From Coniocarpon cinnabarinum (Eukaryota), in assembly GCA_051942205.1 (NCBI GenBank), contig JAVECO010000021.1:124001-170993 (forward strand): a stretch of DNA of 46,993 nt, given 5' to 3'. A model generated the notes under the pieces. The model saw only the letters and a program-made list of their open reading frames with translations. It ran no database searches and had not been told where the DNA came from. Made by a program: the position numbers and the translations under genes. Shown piece by piece: positions 33,743 through 46,872 of this stretch (its first letter is position 1; the number at the start of each line of letters is the position of its first letter).

Positions 33743-34895
33743 AGTACCCATTTGAACAAGCACGAACGAGACGGCAACGGAGCAAAGGTTGTATATAATG
33801 GCATAGCATCTACTTTGACGAAGACAAGACGCTCATGACACAGCATTGCGGCATGGTTGATAGACAGACAGCATTGGCAGAGCAGGAGCGATTCTTGGAT
33901 GAGACAGCGACTCGCCATCACGGGCAGTTGCGGCAGCATGACTGGGGCTAGACATGGGCGCACAGCCACCACTCTCCACTAGCAATATAGAAGAAGTTGG
34001 CTGTCGTGTGCAGCACGCAATAGTCCGTGATCTTGGTATCGAGGTGTGTGCGTGCTCAGGTGGCGAGTGTCTCGGATATTCTTAGCGAGACCCTGCGACG
34101 CCCTCCGCCCTCCGCGAAGACCGAGCCTTTCTGCCTGTAACGTCTGCGGGCTGGTTGCGCGTCGAGGGGGCAGACAGCGTTGAGCGTGCGTGAGTGCTCT
34201 CTGCTTGCGGCAGATAAACACGACTAGTCGATCCTGTTCCGCGCCACGTGCAACGCCGCCTGTCCCCTTGCAGGTCACGTGCGCCTGCTCGCGAGGGCTC
34301 GTGAGGGCTCGTGAGGGCTGTCCCGCCGATGATCCGATGATCCCCAGCAACAGCCCGGGCATGCTCAGATGGAGGGGCCAATTCCTGCCTTCAAGCCATC
34401 AAGACCCGAGGCTGGTGTAGTCAGGGAGCAGGGCGATGGATGGACAATCTGGCCGGGAAAATTAGACGGGCTCGAGCTCATTCCTGCATCTGGCAGGTTG
34501 GCTTGGCGCAGGTGAAGGCCGTGTCTTGTGCTGATTGATGATCGTCAGTTTCGAACACCACCACCAACCACCGGCCCAACAACACCCAGAAAATCACCCT
34601 CCCTCCCATGCTCCCTCCCGTCCCTGCCCTTCTTCTCGACCACTCCCCACACTCTCCTCCCCCTCCTCGTCGGCTCTACCAGGCCAGTTCCGGTCGACTT
34701 CCACCGCGGCCCGCATCTCCTTTCTGCTGACCAGACCCTCTCTTGCCCTCCCTCCTGTTTCACGCTCTGCCCTGAGCCTGTGCACAGCAAAGATATGTCC
34801 ATCCAACCTGAACACCTGGCCTGTGTCGCTGAACGTGGTTGAGAGTCCATCTACAGCAGCACCCTCCGTCTTCTCGACACTTTACATGTGGCACC

Positions 34896-36554
34896 ATGGC
34901 TTCTCCTACGCTCCCAGCTGAGAGTGTTTTTACGAATTCCGCAACTACCCTCACAGATTCTCCCCTTGGCACCATCATAACGCCATCCAAGCACTTGCCT
35001 GCAGCAAATCCTTCCCATTCTCGAGTCAGCTCCAAGGAAAACGTGTCGCCGCGAACCACACTGCCTCCATCACAGTCGTCTCCACCGCTGAAGCAAGCTG
35101 CTTCTCGAGCGAAAAGCAACTCGCTCAGCTTCCCGTTGCTCGTCAAGCCAACAGCGACGCGCAAGTCTGCCCAACCCGAGAAGAGGAGCTCTTATAAGAC
35201 GAAGAGTACTCTGCGCATCCACGTCCCTCAGGCCGCCCCGGACACAAGTTTTCTCACTCTCCTAGCCTCGCAGGAACGACACGTGCTCGAGCTTCGAGAG
35301 GAGCTGGCCAAGGCAGAAGATTCACTGTCAAGACTGAAATCACAATGGGCATCCCACGAGTCCAAGAGACGCGAAACAGAGGCTCGAAGTCTGCATAGAA
35401 TGAAGTCTCTTCGAGCGAATAACGGTCCTAAATCGACACAAAGCCTGCAAAGCTTCACCGCAGGAGCCACGACTCCTCGCGAAGTATATGAAGAGATTCA
35501 GCGACGGAAAGAGGAGATCGATCAAGCCAAACGATCGCCTCGTCAGCGGAGATTCAGTGGGTCAAGACACATGCGTGCTTTGTCTCTTGTGTCTGCGGAC
35601 CTCCTGTCCAAATTTCCGGACTTGAAAGACACGACGACTCCGATTGAAAAACCAGTGGAGAGGCAGGACAGTAGACAATCGACTGAGATACTGAGCAGCC
35701 CTAATACGGTACCTCCAACGCCTGACTTGATTCACGAGGACGATGACACCACAGATACTGCCACCGGCTCGCAAAGAAGCCTCGAGAGCCCCAAGAAGCC
35801 AAAGCATGGCGTGCGCGCCTCGATGCAAATGGCGGCGGACTTTCGCGAAGGCTTGTGGACATTCTTCGAGGATTTGAAGCAGGCCACATATGGTGAAGAT
35901 GCACGCGCGCCGGACGGGCGCAGTCGCAGCGGCTCCAAAGCGAATGCACAGATCCGCCGTGATATGCAAGCACGGCACAGTAGTAGTCATGGCCAGAAGC
36001 CCCCGAAACGCCATGTCCAACGACACACCTGGCAGATTCGTCCTCGTGGTTCGCAAGACAGCTTAGTGGACGCAGACGGTGCGCAGTATGCGATACCGAA
36101 CCGCCAGGAAGATTATCGCCAGAGCCGGCCGGCAATGTCACCGAGAACAAACACAATGCCTGTTGAGACACCGCGCAAGTCGTCGGTACGTTTTGAGAAG
36201 GACCCTAGTGGCGAGCTGTGGCAGACCTGGGACACGCCCCGTACTGACAGCAGAGCGACGACACCTGTCCCACTGAGCCACAATCACTCGACTGATTCAC
36301 TCGCGCGGACACTTAAACACTCCAGTGAGGACACCAAGCGGGGCCCATTGCCATGGCCAGCCTTGGGCAAGTTGAAGCCCGGGCAACTGACGCGCACGGC
36401 TTCACAACTGATGGATGAGTGGGAGAAGAGCCTCAATCCACCTTCAACGTATGAGCAAGTTCACTACTTGCAAGAACACCATGAGGGGGGCAGACCGGAA
36501 CCTCGACCGATCTCGAAGCGATCAAACTCGAGGCTCGACGAGGCCTACCACTGA
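34896..36554 (+). CDS. Fungal coiled-coil/low-complexity protein, DUF4048-type (Tda11-like coiled coil)
   Basis: FLTLLASQERHVLELREELAKAE..LKSQW, FSGSRHMRALSL, MAADFREGLWTFFEDLKQAT, LTRTASQLMDEWEKSL. ATG in CACCATGG context. Confidence 0.8.
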   Translation: MASPTLPAESVFTNSATTLTDSPLGTIITPSKHLPAANPSHSRVSSKENVSPRTTLPPSQSSPPLKQAASRAKSNSLSFPLLVKPTATRKSAQPEKRSSYKTKSTLRIHVPQAAPDTSFLTLLASQERHVLELREELAKAEDSLSRLKSQWASHESKRRETEARSLHRMKSLRANNGPKSTQSLQSFTAGATTPREVYEEIQRRKEEIDQAKRSPRQRRFSGSRHMRALSLVSADLLSKFPDLKDTTTPIEKPVERQDSRQSTEILSSPNTVPPTPDLIHEDDDTTDTATGSQRSLESPKKPKHGVRASMQMAADFREGLWTFFEDLKQATYGEDARAPDGRSRSGSKANAQIRRDMQARHSSSHGQKPPKRHVQRHTWQIRPRGSQDSLVDADGAQYAIPNRQEDYRQSRPAMSPRTNTMPVETPRKSSVRFEKDPSGELWQTWDTPRTDSRATTPVPLSHNHSTDSLARTLKHSSEDTKRGPLPWPALGKLKPGQLTRTASQLMDEWEKSLNPPSTYEQVHYLQEHHEGGRPEPRPISKRSNSRLDEAYH

Positions 36555-36967
36555 AAACTCCAGATGGCGGAGAATTGGCTTGGTCGGCATGATTTATGAT
36601 CGAGCACTGGATATTTCTTCCCCACATTTTATGCATAGCGATGAGATACGGCATCAAAAGTCTTGTGTATATATAGATTCGTAGGAGGTTGGCATTCTAT
36701 ATGTGTGTTTTGATATTCAATAGATGTTTCTCATTCTGGCTCATTTAGAGAGATATCCCACATGGATCACACCACGTTGTGCATAGCACAGGTATTGACC
36801 GCTGGTGATGTCTCCGACAGCAGCCCGATATGCCTACCAATAGCACAGCTTCAGCACCCTGCCCATTCAATGTAACCCCTACCATTGACCGGTCCCCACG
36901 ACGACGACCACTGCCACAGTCCTCACTCCGAAGCTTTTCACCACTTCTCCATACCACCCATCTCAAA

Positions 36968-37799
36968 ATGCTCTCCCTGCTCCCGTCCCTCCTTCTCACA
37001 TCCCTCACCCTCCTTTCCACAGCCTCCGCAACGGCATTGACCTACCACCTCCCTCCCTCCGAGGTGAGCTGCTTCTTCACGCACGTCCCGGAGCCCAATC
37101 TGAAAGCTGCGTTTTACTTTGCGGTACAAGCGGGGGGTAACTTCGAGATTGATTACACGGTCTCGGCGCCGAGTGGGAAGGTGGTTTTGGATGGGTTGAA
37201 AGAACGGCAGGGGGATTTTGTGTTTACGGCGGGGTGAGTTTGCTTGTTCAAGCGGAGGAGGTCTACGGAAATGGAGAAGGAGTATATGATATTGGGTGCG
37301 GTCATGACGGCCGCAAATTCATTTGGGCTAATAGGTTCTTGATAGTGAAAAGGGCGAGTACCGCTTTTGCTTTAGCAACGAGAGCGGTGGACCCGGCGGC
37401 GTAGGCGGCGAAACAAGAGTTGTCGACACCGAAATCTCCGTACGTCCCTCATTTTTCTACCACCACCTCTCCAACCCTCCAACCCTCCAACAAGCTAATC
37501 CCAACCAGATCGAAAACGACTCCCCTCTTTCATTACCAAGCAAACAAGGCGCACCCCCCGAACAAACTTCTCTCCTCTCTGAATCCGTCTTCAAGCTTTC
37601 CGGCCATATCAGCACGATTACACGAAACCAAAAATACTTCCGCACGCGCGAGAACCGTAACTTCTCGACTGTCAGGAGTACGGAGAATCGCATTTGGCGG
37701 TTTAGCATTGTGGAGAATGTGGTCATGGTTGCGATGGCGGGGTTGCAGGTTTTTGTCGTGCGATTCTTTTTCCAGGGAGCGAGGAAGGGGTATGTCTGA
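36968..37799 (+). CDS. p24/emp24/gp25L (GOLD) ER-Golgi cargo receptor, Erp3-like; 3 exons
   Basis: Signal peptide, CFF..AFYFAVQAGGNFEID, GEYRFCFSNE, RNQKYFRTRENRNFSTVRSTE, a TM segment and RFFFQGARKGYV*. Introns 37234-37345 and 37440-37508. Confidence 0.92.
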
Positions 37800-38908
37800 G
37801 CATTGGTTTTTTGGAAGGTGGTTTCGGGACGGGGAATGAAGATGGGTGGGTGATGTGGATGTTCACGTGAATATGATGGCGAGGAGACTGAGGGAATAAG
37901 TCAGGCGCGCTGCGTTGGTGAGGCCCTCGACAGAAGTGCTCCTCGATGCGAGGATTGTATGATATGGGTCAGATACGACGGTTGGGACGAGGACACGACA
38001 GATGTGCTCGGTGGGACTCTACCTGCTAGACCCGGCTTCCATTGGGAATATTGAAGAGGCAGCAGATTCTGATGGGCGAGTTGCGCTTACTGAGCGCAGT
38101 ACATAAACAGTGATGTCAGCTCACTACAGTACCCTCCACAATCAAGTATTCTGCATCTAAGTTCGAACATGCGTGAAGAAGCGATGAAATTTGTGCCAGG
38201 GATATGAACCTCTTCCTGTGAACGCTAACACGTGAACCATTTCCCGCATCCGCCGCCAACCAACCCAGACCACCTACTACACAGCCACAGGCATTATACT
38301 TCAACTTGTAATACTCGCCGTTTTGCGCCGCTGATGAAACTGGTCATTCGACGCTCGAAGTGGGAGAAGACCATGGATGTGTGTCCAGCTTCCGTCTGGA
38401 GGTCGCAGACTGCCCATTTGCAGAAGAGGAAGTACATAGGGCCCTGCACTAACGAGGGAAGCCACTGAATGATGTGCTACGTCGCTCAACTCTTGGCCAT
38501 TCTGTACCTATACTTACAGCCATGGTGCACAAAGTTCATCGATTCCTTCAACCGCCGATTTTCTTCATCTGCGCACGACGCACGGCATGATCAATCCATA
38601 TCAGGCGGCGCAATGGGACCACTTGTCACATTGCTGGAGAACGATGGGCAACCATGACATTTCCGTCCAACGACTGACATCGTGCACAGTCTATTGTGGT
38701 ATTGGTTTGACGTGACGTCGAGCTGCCTGGATGGGCTGCATAAATTGGACATGCAGGGACTTTACTAGTATGTGTCAGTTACAAGGCGTCTCAAGTTGCC
38801 TAACATGCTGTTCGTCCTGCCAGCTGCTTCCTTTTGACCTCTTCCTGTTGCTTACCATCTAGCACATTCCAACTGCTCATTCAATATCAGGTGTTGTGAT
38901 GCCTCAAC

Positions 38909-41900
38909 ATGTCTTTTCGTCTTGGTAGGATCTCAAAGCTCTGCAAACGTCGATCAGGCAAACGTCCTGTCAACGCAGCCTCGTGCGACACAAGTCCAGC
39001 TCCAGGTGCATCAACATTGCCACACATCAACCACTCGACCCCACAGCCGACAGAGGCACCGACTCTGCACCAAAATGAGCTCCTGTCAGATCCGGTGATG
39101 ACAGAATTCTCCCTGAAAGAGGAGAATGCGTCCATACCGGCGCCGCACTTGGAGGAAGGAACTCCTCGAACTCCTCGCTCGAACCCTGATAGCAATATCT
39201 GGTCCCAAGCATACACCACACTGCTGACGCGCGAGCCTGACCTGGTCCGCCAATATCACCAAATCTTGAATCGCGAGATTTATCAATCTGCCCAGGTGAC
39301 ACCGGAACAAGATGAGTATATCAGTGTCCCGACAGCGTCGGAAGGTGGCAAATTGCACGATCAAACAAGTGAGAGCATGATAGAAATGATCGAAGCCAAC
39401 ATTAAAAAGGCGGAAAAGAAGTCCAAAACAACTGAATATATTGATAATGTGGCTGAAGTGCTCATACCCGCAAAGGACTTCGTAGGGTCAGTTGCGAGGA
39501 ACGAGCCACACGCTGCTCTTGCTTGGGCGGGTACCAGTTTGTTGCTGCCGGTGCGTACTTTCTAATCTCAATATGCCCATACCATTGCAGTATCAAGCTT
39601 TTGATGCGCAAGTTGCAGCTCCTCAAATTCCCATCTGTTTGGTTGTCGCTTGGGTCTTCGCAGTAAATGGCTCCAAGCCTTACTGCAGAGTGCGACGCTC
39701 GTCAACCTGCAATCAGCTTCTGATCAGGAGCGCATGTCGCCTACAGACCCAGCCACTAGGAGCGTTTCTCCTGGAGCGTGCTCATGCTGACCGTGAAAGA
39801 TCTTCTTGAACCCAACCCAGCAGCGCTCAGATCTTCTAGAAGGACTGAAAAAGATCTCCGGAGTACTTGCCCGTTACCAACTATACGAAGCAAGAATCAC
39901 CGACGGGAAATTTGCAACAGCGTTGAATGAACCAGCACGTAAACAGTTTGTTGATCGAACCAGAAACATCTACGGGTGAGTGCTCTCCTGGTGGAGCGAG
40001 CAATTTGATGGCTCCCAGTCACCTGAAATACGGCAGTTAGCATGCCATTAACCACATATATCGCAGATGGATATTGGAAATGCAAGCCCGTCAGCTGTGT
40101 CAGAGCTCACGAAATCCAACTCACCGCCTGGTCAGAGACACCTTTCGTGTCGATGACTGGAAAAAGTTGCTGGCTTGGATAGAAAAAGAAGACACCGAGT
40201 GCGAGCGTCTGCTCGGTGCACTTAACAATCAATTCGGATACTTCACCAGTGAAGCCACCCTTATCAAGATGGAAAAGCTGCGTGATGAGATCCGACATGA
40301 ATTTGTGTCCCATTCTAGCGCAGAGACGCGCACTTGCCTGGAGGCTTTGTACGTGGATCATGAATCTCAGAAGAACCGTAACCCTGAGCGCGTATCAGGC
40401 ACTTGCGAATGGTGGGTCTGCTGTTTCACATGAAAACATTCTAAGAAGCGCCTATGCTGACGGGCTCCTCTAGGTTTCTTCAAAGCTCGGATTTTCTTGA
40501 CTGGCGCAGTTCCCTGTCGTCGCCCTTGCTTTGGATCTCTGCTGATCCCGGGTGTGGCAAATCCGTCTTGTCAAAAACTCTCATCGACGAGCAGCTGCTC
40601 GGAACGGACCTGGCCACCGTTAAGGTCTGCTACTTCTTCTTCAAGGACAATGCAGAGACGAATCGCAGCCCCATCAAAGCGCTGTCATCTATCTTGCACC
40701 AGCTACTAGTCCAGGATCGCAGTCTTATGAGACACGCCATGCGACGTTTTGACACAGAGGGCAAGAAGTTCGTTGACTCGTTTTATACGTTACGCCAAAT
40801 CCTCAAAGACATAATGAATGACCCGGAAGCGGGTGAGGTCGTCATTCTCATCGATGCTTTCGATGAATGCAGTGCGGAAGGACGTAGATTGTGGACCGAA
40901 GGGCTTGACTTTTTGCTCGACGAGCATTCCAAGAACCTGAAAGCTATTGTAACAAGCCGACCGTATAGGAACATCCACCAGGGGTTCCATGAGTTGCGAC
41001 AAGAGCGTGTACTGGTTGAAGTGGCAGGTCAGGAGTACTCAAAGACGATTGGTCATGAGATTACTCTAGTTATTGAGAAAAGAGTCGAGGAGCTTGCTGA
41101 CTGCAAAGACCTGTCAATTAAGGTCAAGAAGCAACTTCAAGAATCGCTTCTGAAAGTCGAGAACAAGACTTACCTCTGGCTCTACCTCATACTCAACCAC
41201 ATTGAATCATCGGGAGAAATTCATACACGCACATCGATTGACAAAGTCCTCTCAGGGGGTTTAGACTCAATTGATGCAGCTTATGAGAACATTTTGGAAC
41301 ACAGCACGAACAAAGTCAAAGCCAAAAAGCTGCTAAAAGTTGTTGTTGGTGCTTACCGACCGCTTAGTTGGACTGAGTTGCAATTGGCTATGACCATTGA
41401 AGACGATCCAGAGCAAGTAGATGACCTTATGAGTGACACGAAGTTTGAATTGATCGCTAGGGAGATCTGCGGTCTATTCATAACAGCGTATGAAGGGCGC
41501 GTTTTTCTCCTTCATCAAACTGCGAAAGAGTACGTGCGGCCTTTCTTTGACTTTCTAGCTGATTTCATAATGCACACGGACCTGCGAGGGAGGCACAAAG
41601 CGTGATATGGATGTTTTCAAAACCAGACCGCGGCCATGACTGGACTGACCAGGGTGTAGGTTTCTGTTACAAGACGAAGGACCAGTCAACGAGTCTGATT
41701 GGAAGCATTCACTCTCCACTGAATCGGTCAATGAGGAACTTTCACATATTTGCGTCAAATATTTGCTGGCGATAGAGCTCGAGGATGGACCTTGCGACAG
41801 CGAGGAGGCATTGAGATAGCGCTTTCAAAAGAGTCCTCTGCTCGACTATGCCTCTCAAAATTGGGGATTCCATGCTGTCAAGTCGCATAGGACCGCGACT

Positions 41901-43523
41901 AAATCCTGCATCTTGAAGCTCATCTCTCACAAGTGTCGGGTCTCTGCCATCATACAGGCGATTGTCAAGCTTAACGTGTCCCGGTTCTTTGACGTATCGC
42001 CTGAACCATTCTTGACGCAAGCTAACCTCGTTCATTTGATTGCTTACTTTGACCTCAGCTTCCTTCTCGAGCCGACAAATTGAGCTTTTTTTAGCTTGCT
42101 AGAAACGGAAATTGACTCCGCCGACAGTCGGGGACGAACCCCGCTGTCGTGGGCAGCGTACTTTGGAAATGAGGCTGTGGTGAAGCTACTGCTCGATCGC
42201 GACGATGTTTTAGCGGACTCTTGCGACTCGTTCGGCAGAACGCCACTGTCCATGGCGGCTAAGAATGGCCATAAGGCGATCGTTAAGCTACTAGTCGGTC
42301 GAGATGACGTTGAAGTTAACTCAATGGATAATACACGTCGAGGTCCACTGTCCTTGGCAGTAGAGAGCGGCTATGAATCGATAGTCAAGTTTCTACTCGG
42401 CCACGGAGATGTTGATGCGGACTCAAGAGATGTGGAAGGTGAAACGCCGCTCTCCAGAGCGGCGTGGCGTGGTCACGAAGCGGTGGTAAAGCTATTACTC
42501 GATCAAGGCAACATCAAAGCAGATTCCAGGAACAGCAGCGGTGAAACGGCCTTGACCCAAGCCGTAAAAGGGGGCTATGATGGGATAGTAAAGTTATTAG
42601 CTCGTCGCAAGGATGTTGAAGCGAGCTCAAAAAACAGTCTGGATCAGACTCTAATGCATTGGGCGGCAGACTCGGGTCATGAAGCGGTAGTAAAGCTATT
42701 GATCGATCGCGGTGATATTCAACCAGATTCAGAGAATAAGTGGGGTAACACCCCATTGCAGATTGCGGCGCGGAAGGGCAACGAGGTGATAGTAAAAATG
42801 CTGTTAGATTGTGGCGCTGCGGTAAACTCGGTTTCAAACAGTGGACAGACACCGCTGCTTGGCTCGATTTGCAGCAAAAACGAAGCTGCAGCAAGGCTGC
42901 TACTAGACCACGGCGCCGAGATACACTCGGCGAATAACCATGGTCGGACGCCGCCATGGGAGGCAGCGCAGCGAGGTTTAGAGGTGATAGTAAGCTTGCT
43001 GCTAGAGCGTGGCGCAAATGCAGACGCAAAAGATAAAAAGGATGTAACGCCACTCTTGGCTGCGGCGAAAGAGGGGCACGATTCCGTGGCGAGACTACTG
43101 ATAGAGCACGGTGCCAATGTAGACGCGAAAGATAAAGAGGAGGTCACGCCACTCTTGATTGCGGCAGGAGGAGACCATGAGCCTGTAGTCAGAATGTTGC
43201 TAGAGCACGGCGCTAATGTAGATGCAAAACATCAAGAGGGTGCCACGCTACTGTGGATTGCGGCAGAACAAGGCGACGAGTCTATACTTACATTACTGCT
43301 AGAGCACGGCGCTAATATAGACGCAGAAGACGAAGAAGGAGTCACACCCGTCTTAATTGCGACAGAAAAAGGACACGAGTCGGTGGTCCGACTACTGCTA
43401 GAGCACGGTGCTGAGTTAGAGTCGACAGACGGGAAACGACGGACACCGCTCTCGGTTGCGACAGAACAAGCGCGACGATGGAATGCCATACTACAGTCAC
43501 TGAAAAACGGCCCCAACAAGTGA
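38909..43523 (+). pseudogene. NLR-like gene: NACHT_N (NWD/Goodbye-like) + NACHT + about 14 ankyrin repeats, with two in-frame premature stops
   Basis: IWSQAY..PHAALAWAG N-domain, RVSGTCEWFL, Walker A LWISADPGCGKS, Walker B ILIDAFDEC, VTSRP, LLHQTAKEFL. Introns 39551-39799, 39976-40066, 40412-40473 and 41530-41659. The last exon stays in one frame but has TAG at 41817-41819 and TGA at 42081-42083. Confidence 0.82.
42130..43470 (+). repeat. Coding tandem ankyrin array (102-bp units then 99-bp units; boundaries approximate)
   Basis: Recurrent T/G-P-L helix-turn-helix units. The last units share CTAGAGCACGG(C/T)GC(T/C)AAT(G/A)TAGA at DNA level. Confidence 0.85.
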
Positions 43524-46500
43524 AGAAGCGCGAGACGGTTGATGATCAACAAGGCCAAGCAAAACCAGAATGAGCTAAAATTGGATACATTAAGTTGTCA
43601 ATGAAGTTGGAAAATGATCGCGTTTTTTTTGGTGTCCAGTGCTGTTCAACAGCGACATGTGCATTCAAAATTTAGACTTTGGTGCAGGCTGAGTCCAAAA
43701 TGCTACAAAAAAGCGTAACGATCTGGATAGTCGGCAGCACGAGTAGAGCGTAATTAGTACAGATGTTCTCTCTCAACCTTTCGCTGAGCAATATCGTGTT
43801 ATAAAGCGTTGAGCACCTCTTCTAGGCACTGCAAGTCTTTGCAGGAGACTTCGCCGACCACTTGTAAGTTTTGCTGTAACGACACGATGCACCGACGAGA
43901 CATATTTAGAGAGTTTAACCATCCGCAAACGCATCATTGAAACAAGAGAAAACATCAACCTAGCGCGGCAAGCGAGAATGACAGCAAAACTTGGAGCATG
44001 TGACTGGACTACTGTTGTTGACTGGAGCAACACAAGTCTATCTGCTGCAAGTATTTCCCCTTGATTACACGATCTGAAATTGTTGTTTTGTTGCTTGAGA
44101 AGAATTTTCTCAGAAAGCAGGTACGCTCGTCAAGGTTAACAGCTAGAAATAGTACTCTTCATTTCTTTTTCTTAATCTTCTGTCTCTGCTAAGAGGACTT
44201 TCGGGGTGTTTGTGTAACGTAGTTGCGACACTATTCGAAACTAGAACCTGCTATCCCGTGGCTGCACGGCGGGTCAGCAATTTACAATACCGATTGAAGG
44301 ATAAAAATTATCTTTTCTTTAAACGTACTAGCAAGGGGACAGAATAGTAATGAGCAGCGCAGAATTGCCCAAGGCAGCGCTTCTTTCCAGTCCACAGCCA
44401 CCGGCTAAGATCACCCTTATCAACTTGCTTCATAGCGTTCATGCAAAAATGTCCACCACTCGCCCTGTCTACAGACTGTAGTGCTCGTAATCCTCGCCTT
44501 TTTCTCGCTTTCGGATCAGTGCTAGACAGGCAACGCAGCGACCTAATTTGTAAGTTCGAGAAGCAAGCATGAATATGCTAAGCACCACAAAAAAGCTCGA
44601 AACAGTTCACGCCGAGCAGTTTAATGAAGCTTCAATTCTGCCATCCTCAAATGATTAGCGCAGGCAGGGATTGCAACATTCTGTCTTTTGCGACGAGGAT
44701 ACTTCCAACAAGAGCCCAACACTGACAGGCAAACATGTGTCTCTGTGACAAGTCACTGTTTGACCCGTACCATCTCTAGTGATATAGCTAGAAGATGCGA
44801 ATATTGAAACGTCCAGACATTTGGCTACTCAAGTCATCTCGCTACTGCTTCTACTCGCTTTCATTCTAGGCATGGCGAGTGGTCCCCAGAGTGTTACGTC
44901 TCATGAGAGATTCTATAAGCGTTGCTCAAGTCTGTAGTACAAACCAAACATCCCAAGCTTCTGTGGCCATCGACAGCCTTAAGACTATTGCAGCTTTAGA
45001 TCTGTGCAAAAGCAGACATGACTTTTCGTCTCCTACTATTGAATCCCACCACCATTCTAGATCACATCGTAAATGGCAATGCCTAAAAATAGATCTCTTA
45101 TCAGTGCCTAGTACGTATAGAACACACTCTTGATCGAAGAGAAGTTCCAAAGTATCCCCGTTCGCAGTTAAGACTAATAATAATACCAATACTTATTGTA
45201 CCTTTCGGTAGAGAACAGTAGAGACCAGTAGAGACCAGCTGAGATCGACATAGAACAGACTCTCATGAAGTACGTTGTGACATACTTTTTGAAATTCATG
45301 CTGATAACACGACTTGCCGCATCGATCATATCGTCGACGCGACCAGCACCATGAGCGTCACATCCATAGCGCGTGCCCCATGATTCAAATGCATAGCAGC
45401 GTTGTCCCACGCGCGTTGTCTAACGTGACGCCTGGCTCAGAAGCACGCTGATCACCATCTTGCTCTCGGCTGAGACTGTCTTGCATAACAAAAAGCGACC
45501 TTCAAGTCAACAAAACTGTCTTCGTAGCATGCTTCGCAGCTATCAAGAACTTTGATGACGCAGGCTTGCTTCATGTTCACAAGCGAGCCGTGAGTTGCTA
45601 ACGCCGCGGCTGCGCTGAGCCCACGCCCAGCCTGCACGGCTTTCTCACGCGGCTGTCTTCCAAAGGCAACATCAGACGGAGGAGTGAGCTCTGTCAACCA
45701 GTCATGCCAAGTTCATATGTGAGCCACAGGTGGCACAGAAGAAGGCAGCACAAAGAGCCTCATAACTTGCTTTTACGACTAAGGTCTCCCAAAGACCTTT
45801 TGTGAGTAGTAAATATCGAACTTTATAGGTTTGCTCTTGCGCATGAGACCTTGACGACTCTCGACCAAGTGACTGGTAATATGAGTAAGCACGTTTGAGC
45901 AAAGACATCGTTATTCAGCTGTCTCGATAAAGCTGTACCATGTGACTGTGCCATTCAACTATCGCTTTCGGCCCATCGCAGCCAAGTAGCCTATTCATAC
46001 CTCACACCTTCAAGCTTTGCATCTCCTTCTCGCTTCCGCCACAGATATTCTTCCCTTTTCTTGCGTCTCACAGCCGTTGTCCGCTACATGCAATAACTCA
46101 GCCTCAAAGGCGCTGGTCTTGATAGCAAACAGGCTTGCAGAGTATCGACCGAACCGATTGTCTTGCAAAGAGGACCGTTTTGCCCTATGATAGATTCGCG
46201 CAGGCTATGTCAACGCTCGTCAGATCTCGCATACTAGAGAGCAGGTCTTACTAATCCAAGCAGTTTGGAGAGATCATGAGTGAGCCATGCGACGCAGGAC
46301 GATTGGACTTCTTTGAAAGAATGGTGACTGGTCAGGTATCCTGACCTCATGTTCTTGAAGAGTGATGCAAGTAGTGGACAGAAGCGTCAGCCATCCTTGG
46401 TTTCCGTGCAATGAAATAGTTGAGGATGCAGCTTTGAAATCGAAGAGTGTGACTCCGAGTGTGTTTACGCGCAGCCTCAAATTTGACAATTGACGACTAC

Positions 46501-46872
46501 ACACAGACTATCAAGCCCGCTACTCAGGCTGCCCGTAGCAAGACTACGACCGAACATTTTGGGACGCTAGACATGTTTATTGCTCTCCAGTAAGTGTCAG
46601 GGGAGTAGAGCGTTTGGCGCTTACGATGTATACAGGCGTACCAGAAGACCTTGCTCAGCAATCCATTCGTGCTGGTCGTGTCATTTATTCTTCTGTCAAA
46701 TGTGTAGAGCGATGGTCAATGTCCCTGGCACCACGCCCTTGCTGTTCTCTTCATCCGATGGGCGAATGGTACTGAAGCGCTGCCCGGGATCGAGTCTGCA
46801 CGCCCTCGCAGGAAGACCTTCTTCAAGCCATCCGAGTGGCTATTCAAACCACACTCATCTCCATTGCATACA

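Noticed and set aside
33750..34890. Several 75-130 aa ORFs between GID7 and the DUF4048-type gene
   Set aside because: GC-rich UTR/promoter sequence giving low-complexity translations on both strands.
38116..38657. Small ORFs upstream of the second NLR as a partner effector or amyloid-motif gene
   Set aside because: No HeLo, lipase or gasdermin-like sequence and no N/Q/G pseudo-repeat amyloid motif is visible.
41994..42094. Intron (GTATCG..GCTAAC..AG) that might remove the TGA at 42081
   Set aside because: Splicing to the TAG at 42094 removes 101 nt and shifts the frame. It would also delete the conserved LVHLIAYFDL motif and leave the TAG at 41817 in place.
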